From the NCBI GenBank assembly GCA_965223505.1, contig CBDCWP010000021.1, positions 416,001-480,000 of the forward strand: a DNA stretch of 64,000 bases, written 5' to 3'. The translations under genes were made by a program, and so were the position numbers. This DNA is from Planctomycetota bacterium. GTDB lineage: Bacteria; Planctomycetota; PLA2; JAEUHO01. A model generated the notes under the pieces. It had not been told where the DNA came from. It did not search any database and saw only the letters and a list, made by a program, of their open reading frames with translations. Shown piece by piece: positions 44,037 to 53,686 of the stretch (position 1 is its first letter; each line of letters opens with the position of its first letter).

Positions 44037-46682
44037 CTACTTGACCATGAACGCGGTGTCGAAGCGCTCCGGGTCGTGCAGCCGCAGCAAGAAGCGTCCG
44101 ATGCCGGCCAGGCCCGTCATGTAGCCCGGGTCGTAGGCGTGGGCGCCGATCGCGGTCTTGACCTTTCCGTTCTGTACGAGGTCTTCGGCGAAGCGCTTCG
44201 CGATCGCGAGCATGGCGGGGTTCTTGGTGCGCCGGTACTGATCGATGAACAGCTCCGCGTTGCCCGAGATGCCGTGGCACTGGCATCCGGAGACGCGCGC
44301 CGTGCGCCCGTCGCGCAGGTTCGCGGAGATGCACTTCCAAAGGGCTTCGACGTACGGCCCTTCCTTCCCGTCCTCGAGGTGGTCGTTGAGCGCCATGAAG
44401 AGCAACGCGTTGCCCGGGCTGCCGTGGCACCACTGCACACGGAAGTCACCCGGCTTGCGCGGCGGGTGCATCTTCGTCCACTGCCAACCGCCCTTGCCGT
44501 CGTCGACCGCGGTCCTCTCGACGAACACGGCCGCCTTCTTCGCGAGCTCGAGGTAGGCGTCGTCTTTCGTTCGTAGGTGCAGGTGCAGCAGGAAGTAGCC
44601 GATGCCGGCGGCGCCGTGCGAGAAGCCGATGTACGTGCGATCCGATCCGGGGGCGACCGGCCAGCTCACGTGTTCGTCCCCGACGACGGCGTGCGTCAGC
44701 AAGCTCTGCCCGAGCGCCGTCGCGCGCGTCACGTACGCGTCGTTCTCGGTGGCGGCGTGGAGGTTCAACAGGAAGATCCCGACGCCCGCCGCGCCCGAGA
44801 TGACGTCGTGAGCCTTCGGTTCTCCGAGGTGCCTGGCGCAGTCCTCCGCCGCCTTCAGGTACGCCTCGTCCTTGGTGCTGCGCCAGGCGTCGAGATACAC
44901 CTGACCCACGCCGGCAAGACCGGTGTAGAGACCCGGCTCGTCCCGGAACGTCTTGCGCGCCGCACGGATGCGCGCATCCGCGAGCGTGCGCCACGACGCG
45001 TCGTTCGTCGCCGCGTACAGGTCGAAGAAGAACAACGCGATGCCGGCGTCGCCCGTGTAGACGTCGCCCTTGCCGGTCTCGGCGGTCCGAATGTGACGGC
45101 CGACCTGCAGGGCGTAGTCGAGGTAGGAACCGGGAGCGGCCTGTTCTGTCTTCGCGCCCGCCGTTACCGGCGCCGGCGGGGCGACTTCCGTACCCGCGGC
45201 GAACGTGACCACGACGTCGCCGCTTCCGCCCCGCGCGAAGTTGGCCTTCACGTGCAAGTAGCGCTTGCCGCGGTCCTGTTCGATCGCCCACACCGGTTCG
45301 AGCGTCTCGATGTCCTTGCCGCCCCACTTCGCGGAGGTGATACGGACGTCCTTCACCTCGAATTCGTCGGGGAGCTCCACGCGGTCGTAGAGCTTCATCG
45401 CCATCGTGCGGGTCTTCTCGTCGAATCGACGAAACGGGTCCGCGCCCCAGAGATACGTGTACCGGCCCTGAAGCGAGATCGCGATGCGGAGCGTCTTCCC
45501 GTCGCGCATGACCTTCGTGCGCAACGGCAGGACGTCGTCGGAGACCTCGTACGCCTGGTACGAGGGATCGCCGTAGAGCACCCCGCCGGTCGCGCCCTCG
45601 AGCATCATGTGCCGGACGGCATCGACCTCCGAGCGCGCCTTGCGCTCGCCGTCCACCACGTCGGGCACCGTGATGCCGGGCTCGCCGAAGCCCAGATAGC
45701 CCATGGTGATCTTGTCGTAGTCGTTGCGGCGAATCGCACCCAGCGTCTCACCGGCCAGGGCGCGCGCGAAGTCGATCGACATCTCGGGACCCGCGGGGCG
45801 CGGGTTGACGTACGCCGTGTAGCCGACGACACCCGTGCGGATCATCGCCAGCGCGAAGCTCTTCTTCGCGTCGACCTCCTTGATGCGATTGACGAACTCG
45901 CCGGCCTGATACTCCCGCTCCGGATACTTGAGCGTCACGCCGGTGTGACACGCGTAGTTGAAGGCGATGGACGGGAACAGGTTGAGCTTGTCGACGTCTT
46001 CCGCTCGGGGTCCCGACACGACCTCCCACGGCATGCCGTGGCCACCCATGATGATCGCGCCGCAGCCCTCGAACGAGGGCAGGTGCTCGTCGATGAAGTC
46101 CTGGTCGCGCCCGTGCTCGTCCTTCGGCTTGAAGTAGATCTCGCGCATCGGGCGTACGAGGGCGCCCGAGCGGAACTCCGTGTCGTGCGCGCGGGCCGGC
46201 CACGAGCCGCCGGTCACCGCGCCGCGTCCGACCCTCGGCGCGTGCTTCTTCGTCGGCGCTTTGATGATGTTCTCGACGAACCGGATGGCTTCCATCCCGG
46301 TCGCGCCGGTGATGAAGCCGTACTCGAAGTCGACGAACGGGTCGTCGTCGACCTTCGTCGCCATCTTCAGGATGCGCCGCACCGAGTTGACGTGAATCTG
46401 CTCCGGACGCAGCACGAACACGACGTATCGGGGCTCGAACCGTCGAAGGAGCGGCAGGGCGGCCTCCGGCTTCTCCGGATCGAACGGCTGGACGCCCAGC
46501 TTGTCCGGTCTTGCATCCCGAAGCTTGCGCGCCGCCTGGTAGTAGTCGCTGTCGCCGGGGCTGCAAAAGACGACGTAGTCGCCTCGCTTCGGCCGGTCGG
46601 GCTCGGCGACCGCACCTGTTCCCCCGCCCACGACGACGACACCCAAGACCAGCCATAGCGATATCCGAGTCATGCGATCCAT
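44037..46682 (-). CDS. secreted C25 (gingipain)-like domain fused to a LanC-like domain
   Basis: Signal peptide; GHG, NYACHTG, LYGDP; seven GxxG repeats with FSHG, QWCHG, CQCHG. Confidence 0.8.
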   Translation of the reverse strand: MDRMTRISLWLVLGVVVVGGGTGAVAEPDRPKRGDYVVFCSPGDSDYYQAARKLRDARPDKLGVQPFDPEKPEAALPLLRRFEPRYVVFVLRPEQIHVNSVRRILKMATKVDDDPFVDFEYGFITGATGMEAIRFVENIIKAPTKKHAPRVGRGAVTGGSWPARAHDTEFRSGALVRPMREIYFKPKDEHGRDQDFIDEHLPSFEGCGAIIMGGHGMPWEVVSGPRAEDVDKLNLFPSIAFNYACHTGVTLKYPEREYQAGEFVNRIKEVDAKKSFALAMIRTGVVGYTAYVNPRPAGPEMSIDFARALAGETLGAIRRNDYDKITMGYLGFGEPGITVPDVVDGERKARSEVDAVRHMMLEGATGGVLYGDPSYQAYEVSDDVLPLRTKVMRDGKTLRIAISLQGRYTYLWGADPFRRFDEKTRTMAMKLYDRVELPDEFEVKDVRITSAKWGGKDIETLEPVWAIEQDRGKRYLHVKANFARGGSGDVVVTFAAGTEVAPPAPVTAGAKTEQAAPGSYLDYALQVGRHIRTAETGKGDVYTGDAGIALFFFDLYAATNDASWRTLADARIRAARKTFRDEPGLYTGLAGVGQVYLDAWRSTKDEAYLKAAEDCARHLGEPKAHDVISGAAGVGIFLLNLHAATENDAYVTRATALGQSLLTHAVVGDEHVSWPVAPGSDRTYIGFSHGAAGIGYFLLHLHLRTKDDAYLELAKKAAVFVERTAVDDGKGGWQWTKMHPPRKPGDFRVQWCHGSPGNALLFMALNDHLEDGKEGPYVEALWKCISANLRDGRTARVSGCQCHGISGNAELFIDQYRRTKNPAMLAIAKRFAEDLVQNGKVKTAIGAHAYDPGYMTGLAGIGRFLLRLHDPERFDTAFMVK

Positions 46683-46807
46683 CCTCTCATGTAGAGGACA
46701 TCCCGTCGGGGGCCTTTCGGGTCCGAACCACCGAGCGCGTCGACCCTCGATTCCACGGGCCCGGAGGATCTGGTATCACCGGGGCCCCCGCCGTGGAGGA
46801 GGCCCTC

Positions 46808-48094
46808 ATGTCCGTACGTCGCCGTTGGTTCGCTTGTTTCGCCGCCGCCCTCATGGGTCTCTTGCTCACGTCGGGCGCCGTGTGCGCTGACGAGGAGAAG
46901 ACGCCCGAAGCACCGAAGGAGCCGGAGGCGACGAAGGAGATCGTGCGCCAGCCGATGATGTGGGTGGTCGAAGGCGACACGAAGGTCTACCTCGTCGGAA
47001 CGATTCACATCTCCGAGCCGCGTGTGCACGCGCTGCTGCCCGAGGTCGAGAAGGCGCTCGAGCTCAGTGACGCCGTCTACACGGAGCTGGCGTTCGACGC
47101 GGAGTCGATGGGCCGGCTGCAAATGGCGTTCATGACGATGGGCATCCTGCCAGAGGGGCAGACACTCGTAGGCGTGTTGGGCGAGGACCTGCACGCGCGC
47201 GCGGCGAAGTACATGCCTGCAATGGCGCCGATCACCTTCTTTGCGAACCGCAAGCCCTGGGTGATCTGGTTCCTGCTGCTGCAGGCGCAGATGCAGGCAT
47301 CGCTCGAGAAGATCAAGGAAGCACGCGAGGCCGAAGCGGCGAAGGCCAAGCCGACGACCGGTGAGAGCGGCACGTCCACGGACCCGGAGGGCGGCGGCGA
47401 CACGGGCGGCACGACCGAACCCGAGCCGGAGCCCGCGGCGCCGACGCCGGAGAAGCCGCTGGACTGGGTGCTCTTCGAGCGCGCGGAAAAGGCCGGCAAG
47501 ACGGTCGGCGGCCTCGAGACGCCGCAACAGCAGTTCAAGATCTTCGACGAGCTCTCCATCGAAGACCAGGTGGAGATGGTGCGTGCGTCCGTGGAAGCAC
47601 TGGAGGACCTGAAAGGCGAGAAGAAGAAGGACGACGAGGAGGAAGGCGAGGACGAGGACGAGGGCGAAGGAGAGGGTGAGACCGAAGCGGAGGATGACGA
47701 CGGCGACGAAGGCGCCGTCGGCCGCGAGGCCGTCGAGCAGCTCACCGCGATGGTCAACATGTGGCTCGCCGGCGACGCCGAGGCGCTCTCGGAGATGATC
47801 AAGAAGGAGCTGATGGGGGACGCCAAGGCCGAGGCGTTCGCCAAGGCGATGTTCGACACGCGCAACGAGGGTATGGTCGAGAAGATCTGCTCGATGATGA
47901 AGGCGGAGCCGGCCAAGACGTACTTCATCGCGGTCGGGTCCGGTCACATGCCGGGAACGAACGGGATCGTCGAGATGCTCGAGAAGCGCGGCTACAAGGT
48001 GCGTAAGGTCAAGACAGGCGACGAGATCGAGGCGTCGAAGAAGCAGGAGCCGGCGAAGGAACCCGCCGGCGCCGGATCGGGCGATGGTGGGTAG
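46808..48094 (+). CDS. TraB/GumN (Tiki-like) family protein
   Basis: YLVGTIH, VYTE, GLET, RNEGM, IAVGSGHMPG; signal peptide. Confidence 0.9.
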   Translation: MSVRRRWFACFAAALMGLLLTSGAVCADEEKTPEAPKEPEATKEIVRQPMMWVVEGDTKVYLVGTIHISEPRVHALLPEVEKALELSDAVYTELAFDAESMGRLQMAFMTMGILPEGQTLVGVLGEDLHARAAKYMPAMAPITFFANRKPWVIWFLLLQAQMQASLEKIKEAREAEAAKAKPTTGESGTSTDPEGGGDTGGTTEPEPEPAAPTPEKPLDWVLFERAEKAGKTVGGLETPQQQFKIFDELSIEDQVEMVRASVEALEDLKGEKKKDDEEEGEDEDEGEGEGETEAEDDDGDEGAVGREAVEQLTAMVNMWLAGDAEALSEMIKKELMGDAKAEAFAKAMFDTRNEGMVEKICSMMKAEPAKTYFIAVGSGHMPGTNGIVEMLEKRGYKVRKVKTGDEIEASKKQEPAKEPAGAGSGDGG

Positions 48095-48097
48095 CAG

Positions 48098-49711
48098 CTA
48101 CCTGGGCCAGCGGAGCTTCCTGACCACTCCCGCCTTGTTCGTCTCGAGGATCTCGATCTGCTCGAACGGATAGGGGCCGAGCGTCGTCTTAGGCCACTCG
48201 CTACTCGAGGGATGCGCCATGCTCGGTGCAAACCGCCGCTTGCCGCCGCTCGCGTGCACGGGGAATTCCACTGGTGGGAGGTCTTCGATACCGCCTCCGC
48301 GCAGCTCGAAACGAGCGAGCTCCCGCGAAAAAAAGGCCCTTGACGGGACCTTCAGACCCGGCGTGAACGTCATCGTCGCATTGCTCCATACCCCCGGCAG
48401 GATGCGCACCGGCGAGATGACTGCCACCGTTTCCGACCAACCCTCCCATGCCAGCAGGTCGTACTCACCGGCCAAGAGTCCCTCGATCTCCCACGTGCTG
48501 TTGTCCGGTGCGCTCGGGAACGGCGAAGTCCAGGTCGCGCCATCAGCGTTGCGGCGACGCATCAGCACGAATCTCGACCGCTCTCTCCTCTCCTTCGTCG
48601 AGGCGTGTTCGATGACGGTGATGCGGAGATTGCCGACAGTCTCATCCGGGTCGAGCGCGACCGAAATCTCCGGGGCGTCTCCGGACACGACCGAGATGTC
48701 TCTGACCCACGGTAGGTAGCCGGCGGCCTCGATCCGAACGCGGTAGCGCCCGGGCCGGATCCCGCGGTGCGAAGAGAACCTTCCGTCAGGTGCTGAGCCG
48801 GACAACTGCGCAACGCGCGTCTCTGATTCGTCCCAGATCTCGAAGCGACTGACCCTCCGCACCGGCTTGCCGGTGGCCGCGTCGTGCACGCGCACGCCGA
48901 CGAAGCAGGCGGGGAACATGGTCACGGTGATCGAGCCGTCCTCGGCGTCGAACGGGATCACGGCGGGATCTGCGTAGTGCGACTCGGAAACCGGTGTCGC
49001 CGTCATTCGGCCCTTGCTGAGAAGGCGAATCTGCCGCACGGTAGTCGGCCCGGTTTCCATCCTGCCTACGACCTCTCGAGTGTGTGCTTCCGGGCCCGGG
49101 TAGCGAAAGGTCTCGGCCGGTGCCCGGCGTTCGACAACGGGACTGAACCGTCGAGGCGGTCGGCCATCCGAGGTCTCGACGCGGATTTCGAGCATGTGGC
49201 CTTCGGGAACGACGATCGTGACGGGATTGGCTTCTGGTGTCCACGCATCGCCGTCGAGATAGCCGGGTCTGTGATCGTGATCGCGCGCAAACGCAGCGAT
49301 CCAATGACCGCGCACGACGTGGCGGTTGAGCTCCCAACGGCATTCCGATCCATGCGTCATCGTCTTCGTCAGGCCGGTCAACGAGTCGACGCCGGCGATC
49401 TGCTTCGGCAGCAGCACGATGTCGGCATTCACCGGCGTTCCGTGTTCATCCTCCACCCAGCCTTCCAGCAGGAAGTACGCGTCGGGATTTGCTTCCGTTA
49501 CTGCCGGTTGCGTCGTCGAGGCCGACTCGTCATACGTCGGCATCTCGATTTTTTCCTCAGGATGCCCCTCCAGCATCGCGCGGCGATCGCCTGCCGACGC
49601 GGCGTCTGCGGGCGCCATCTCGTTCGGACCCTCCAATCCCTCGAACCAGAGCACGAAGATCAGGCCCGCCAAGGCCATCACGAGAAGCAGAACCTGCCAG
49701 CCTTTGCACAT
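48098..49711 (-). CDS. membrane-anchored carboxypeptidase-regulatory-like domain protein
   Basis: N-terminal TM; GWVEDEHGTPV; VHDAATGKPV; PGRYRVRIEAAGY. ATG overlaps the upstream TGA. Confidence 0.75.
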   Translation of the reverse strand: MCKGWQVLLLVMALAGLIFVLWFEGLEGPNEMAPADAASAGDRRAMLEGHPEEKIEMPTYDESASTTQPAVTEANPDAYFLLEGWVEDEHGTPVNADIVLLPKQIAGVDSLTGLTKTMTHGSECRWELNRHVVRGHWIAAFARDHDHRPGYLDGDAWTPEANPVTIVVPEGHMLEIRVETSDGRPPRRFSPVVERRAPAETFRYPGPEAHTREVVGRMETGPTTVRQIRLLSKGRMTATPVSESHYADPAVIPFDAEDGSITVTMFPACFVGVRVHDAATGKPVRRVSRFEIWDESETRVAQLSGSAPDGRFSSHRGIRPGRYRVRIEAAGYLPWVRDISVVSGDAPEISVALDPDETVGNLRITVIEHASTKERRERSRFVLMRRRNADGATWTSPFPSAPDNSTWEIEGLLAGEYDLLAWEGWSETVAVISPVRILPGVWSNATMTFTPGLKVPSRAFFSRELARFELRGGGIEDLPPVEFPVHASGGKRRFAPSMAHPSSSEWPKTTLGPYPFEQIEILETNKAGVVRKLRWPR

Positions 49712-51012
49712 CAGTCCACGAACCCGAGCTTCAGATCGACGGTCTCGCCCGCGCGCACCTCCGTCGTACCAGCGACCTTGCGCTGCACGCTCGCGTGGTC
49801 GCCGATCTTGGTGAGATCGCCGGTCGCCGTCACCTGATACACACCCTCGGGGAGGTCGCGTGCGATCGCGAACGGTCGCTGTCGCAAGGCACCTGTCGTC
49901 TCCACGCCGCGGCCCTCGAAGACGACGCGTGGTGCGCCCTGCCATCCCTCGGGGTAGATGAGCCGGACCCGCGTGTCCGTCGCCGGCCGCAGCGTCAACA
50001 AGACGTCCTCGTGACTCGGGCGATAGTCGGGTTCGAGCGCGCACAAGCGATCCTGTCGTAGGGATCCCGTCGCGAGCCAGAACGCATAGCTCATGTCGGC
50101 TCGCAGTGCCGGGATCCGTGTGGAGCCGCTTCGGATGTCCCAGGGTCTGCGGTAGACCTCCTGGCCTCCGGTGGTGTACTCCGTGACCCAGAGCGTGGCG
50201 CTCATTCGCTGCGCGGGATCCCAGTTCGTGACGTTCACCGTCACCTGCATGCCCGCATCGACCTCGAGAACGACGTCTTGCGTGCCGCCGCGGAACTTCC
50301 AGTTTCGCTGGCTGGACACTTCGCGGAATCCACGCACCTTGACAGCCAGCTCGTAGACCTCGTCGCGAAGCTGCCCGATGTCGAATTTACCCTCATCGTT
50401 CGCTCGGACCGTCTTGTCGATCCTGCCGCCGACGACGCCTACGAGCGCATGGGCGAGGGGCTCGCTGTGCACGTTCACGACGCGCCCTTCGATGCTGAGC
50501 GCGCGCTCGAACGCCACCTCCGACGAGCCCTGCTCCCACTCCCGACGCTCGATGTTCAGGAGATCGAGCCGCGACGCGGGCGCCGTGACCGCCAGGGTGT
50601 ACTTGGGCGTCTCGTCGAACGCGGTCGCCGGAACGTCATCCTTGTCGATGCGTACCGTTCCCGTGCGGTCCGTCGTGTCCGCCATCGCCTCGAGATGGAA
50701 GCGGCTGAAGATCTTCGGCACCGTGTACTCGATCTTGACCGACGCGCCCTCGACGACGTTGCCTTCGTAGTCCTTCACCGTCAGCAGGTACGCCCCTTCT
50801 TCGGCATCGCCGCCGGGGTCGACCGTAGGCTCGGCTTCGAGCGACGTGCGTGGCTCGCGCCCTGTCAGCATCGGCGCTTCTTCGGGCGTTTCGTCTTCGG
50901 CGGCCCGGGACCGATCGTCGGGCGCGTCGTCCCACACGCGAGCGCCAAGCGCCGCGATCAATGCGAGCGCACAGAGCGTCCCACCCCAGAGCATCGACTT
51001 GCGGCTGCCCAT
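49711..51012 (-). CDS. membrane-anchored carboxypeptidase-regulatory-like domain protein
   Basis: N-terminal TM; VKDYEGNVVEGA; IEGRVVNVHSEPL; DLPEGVY. Confidence 0.75.
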   Translation of the reverse strand: MGSRKSMLWGGTLCALALIAALGARVWDDAPDDRSRAAEDETPEEAPMLTGREPRTSLEAEPTVDPGGDAEEGAYLLTVKDYEGNVVEGASVKIEYTVPKIFSRFHLEAMADTTDRTGTVRIDKDDVPATAFDETPKYTLAVTAPASRLDLLNIERREWEQGSSEVAFERALSIEGRVVNVHSEPLAHALVGVVGGRIDKTVRANDEGKFDIGQLRDEVYELAVKVRGFREVSSQRNWKFRGGTQDVVLEVDAGMQVTVNVTNWDPAQRMSATLWVTEYTTGGQEVYRRPWDIRSGSTRIPALRADMSYAFWLATGSLRQDRLCALEPDYRPSHEDVLLTLRPATDTRVRLIYPEGWQGAPRVVFEGRGVETTGALRQRPFAIARDLPEGVYQVTATGDLTKIGDHASVQRKVAGTTEVRAGETVDLKLGFVD

Positions 51013-51152
51013 GCGCTCAAGCGTAACGACAGGTGCAGCGGGGGCATCCCGGTTCAGCGCGGCGCGGACCAGGCCGCGTACCGCATGCGCCAAGAGCGAC
51101 TCGATCCTGAGCAGGCTGTGCGAGCGGCCGGGATCGGTTCAAGGCTGCGGTT

Positions 51153-52694
51153 TCATTCGACCTCTACGCGCAACGCGACGTCCTCAGTTCCGGCTTCCAC
51201 GGGACCGTTCGTGTCGAACGGGCCGGTCGCGGAGCCCGCCGTCCAATGCAGCGCGTAGTCGCCCGGCTGCAATCCCGGAATCGAGAATCCGCCGCGACCG
51301 TCTGCGGTGCCGTAGTACGAGATTCCGTTGCGCCTGGCGAAGACGTGCGGATAGCGCTTCGGGACGTCGTCGGGAAGCTCCATCCGCCCGCTGATGCGCA
51401 GGCCCTTCTTCGGTTCGATCACCAGCGCCGCGCCCGGGATCGATACGTCCTCGATCCACGCGCAGAGGTCGTTCCGGCTGTTGCGTGCCTCGAAAGCGAA
51501 CGTGCCGGTGGGGATGCGCAGGAAGAGGAACTTCCCGCTCACGACCTCCGCCTCGTCCCACTCGTAGTACGCCCCGGACGTTTCGTCGCGGTGGTAGCAC
51601 CGGATCATCAACGGGCCCGAGGTAGGTCCGATGACGGTCCCCCTGACCTCGTGGGTCTTCCGGCACACCACGCGAATGCCGATCTGGGGAGCCTGAACGA
51701 CCATCGGCACGCAAGCGAACTCGTCCTCGCGATGATTGCCGAACTTCAACAGGTAGCGGCCGGACGGCATGTTGGACAGCCGGAAGTCGTTGCCGCCGTC
51801 GAGCAGTGTCCAGTGTCCGACGATCGGCGCCCAGTCGAGCGGCGTCGCCGTGACCTTGCCGGCGGTGATCGGCGTTCCGTCCGGTCGGACGACCTCGCCG
51901 GAGAGCGAAGCACCTTCGTCGAAGCGCAACGTGACGGGGTTGTCGCGCGCCGGATCTACCACGATGCGCACCAGTGCGGAGCCCCGCGGATCGACGTCGA
52001 CGCCGAGGCCGCCCCGCGGCGGAAGCGCCCACACCGTGACCCGGCGTTGCACGCGCGGAACCCGCAAGGTGAACGCGCCGCGTGGGCCCGACTTGGCCCA
52101 TTGACTACGCCTCTTCGGACCCTCGTTCCATTCCGCGGCGACGCGTACGTCCGCGAGCGGTCCGCCGCCGGCGCCGATGACGGTGCCGCGCAGCAACGTC
52201 GTCGCGCGCAGTCGAAACACGAAACGCTTGCCGGGGCTGGTGCCCTGAGGCTCGCCGCCGATCCACGCGTCCGTGTCGGCGACGTAGATCCAACCGTTCT
52301 TCTCCGTCCAGCCCTCGAAGCCGCCGTTCCCGCGGCTGTGGGCGATGACCGGAGCGTCGTCCGGTCCCGAGAGCGGTTTCGGCGGCAGGCCGCCGCGAAT
52401 CGCCACGTCCGCGATGGGACGCCCCGTCTCGTCGACCACCGTGCCCTGCACGAAACGACGGTCGGCCGGCGGGACCTCCTCAATGGGCTCAGGTCGAGAG
52501 TTCGTCGCATCGATGGGTGTCGGATCGTCGGCAGGCGCCCGACCCTCCAGACCCGCGCCGGCTTCGTCGTGCACGGTCGCGTTCGACGAGTGCTCGTTGT
52601 TGGGCGGCTCGTCGTCCGAGGGATGCGTCAGCAGCACGATCACCGTCCACACGGCCAGCGACGAGCCGATCACGATGAGCTTGCGCTTGAGGAT
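51153..52694 (-). CDS. membrane-anchored carboxypeptidase-regulatory-like domain protein (start ATC 52694 or GTG 52673)
   Basis: GTVVDETGRPIA, GTVIGAGGGPLA, GEVVRPDGTPI, GLQPGDY repeats. Confidence 0.75.
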   Translation of the reverse strand: MLKRKLIVIGSSLAVWTVIVLLTHPSDDEPPNNEHSSNATVHDEAGAGLEGRAPADDPTPIDATNSRPEPIEEVPPADRRFVQGTVVDETGRPIADVAIRGGLPPKPLSGPDDAPVIAHSRGNGGFEGWTEKNGWIYVADTDAWIGGEPQGTSPGKRFVFRLRATTLLRGTVIGAGGGPLADVRVAAEWNEGPKRRSQWAKSGPRGAFTLRVPRVQRRVTVWALPPRGGLGVDVDPRGSALVRIVVDPARDNPVTLRFDEGASLSGEVVRPDGTPITAGKVTATPLDWAPIVGHWTLLDGGNDFRLSNMPSGRYLLKFGNHREDEFACVPMVVQAPQIGIRVVCRKTHEVRGTVIGPTSGPLMIRCYHRDETSGAYYEWDEAEVVSGKFLFLRIPTGTFAFEARNSRNDLCAWIEDVSIPGAALVIEPKKGLRISGRMELPDDVPKRYPHVFARRNGISYYGTADGRGGFSIPGLQPGDYALHWTAGSATGPFDTNGPVEAGTEDVALRVEVE

Positions 52695-52708
52695 GACGGC
52701 CTCCGTAA

Positions 52709-53629
52709 CTAGCTGTCGACGGCCGCTTCGACGAGCCGGGCGTCGCGAACGTAGATCGTGCGCATCACCACGTCGCAGCGCTTGAGCGCACCGCGGAACG
52801 TGATCGGCTTGCCGCGCAACGGTCGCAAGGTGTCCTCCGTGTCGGGCGGCAGCTGCACGACCGCGTCGACGACGCGCCCCGCGAACCCGCCTGCGAGGGT
52901 GTGGATACCCAGCGTGACCTTCACGCCGGGGTCGCCCTCGAACTCGAAGTCCGATCGATACGACTCGATCCGTTCCAGCTCACCGGTCCACTCGACCACG
53001 ACGCCTTCGTACTCGCGCGCGAAGCGGGCCTCGGCGTCTGCGCGGCGCTCCTCCGCGAACAAGGTCTCGCAGACGTCGCTCGCAGCGAGCCCCGAGCTCT
53101 CGTCGGGATGCCACGAGGGTTCCTCCGCCGGCGGTTCCGGTTCGCCCTCCGGTTCGGGCTCGAGCTCGATGTCGGGAGCGGGCGCGGGTTCGGGGTCGGA
53201 CGCGTCGGGCTCCCACGACGGCTCCGCGTCGAGCGTCGTACGCTCGGAGACCGGTTCGATCTCGACCGCGTCGAGCTCGCGGGGCGTCTCCGGTTCCGGG
53301 TCACGGTCCCGAAGAACGATCGGCTCGTCCGTCTCGTGAGGCCGGCCGAACACGCGCTCCGCGCGCTCGTATGCGCCCCGGTCCGGTTCGTCGTCAGGCG
53401 CGTCGACCGGTTGCGGCGGCGGTGGTGGCGGCGGCTGCGATGGCGACTTCGTCCAGGGTTTGTCGCCCCACCGCAGCGGCTTCCCCAGAAAGCTGATGCG
53501 CTTGCGCTTCTTGCGCGGTGCGCCGATCGGCCGGCTCGCGCGGTCCTTCTGTGCTTTCCCCATGTTCTTGAAGATCACGAACAGGACCAGGAACAGGATG
53601 ACGCCGATGACTTCCAATTGCGTCTCCAC
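52709..53629 (-). CDS. membrane-anchored protein with Pro/Glu-rich linker and OB-fold-like C-terminus
   Basis: N-terminal TM, low-complexity linker, YEGVVVEWTGEL and GKPITFRG. Confidence 0.65.
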   Translation of the reverse strand: METQLEVIGVILFLVLFVIFKNMGKAQKDRASRPIGAPRKKRKRISFLGKPLRWGDKPWTKSPSQPPPPPPPQPVDAPDDEPDRGAYERAERVFGRPHETDEPIVLRDRDPEPETPRELDAVEIEPVSERTTLDAEPSWEPDASDPEPAPAPDIELEPEPEGEPEPPAEEPSWHPDESSGLAASDVCETLFAEERRADAEARFAREYEGVVVEWTGELERIESYRSDFEFEGDPGVKVTLGIHTLAGGFAGRVVDAVVQLPPDTEDTLRPLRGKPITFRGALKRCDVVMRTIYVRDARLVEAAVDS

Positions 53630-53686
53630 ACGCGGCCGGGACCCACAGTGTAGACGCGACCGAACGGCAACGGGGACTCCCGTGCG

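Noticed and set aside
47620..47712. Purine-rich quasi-repeat
   Set aside because: It simply encodes an acidic low-complexity loop in the TraB/GumN protein.
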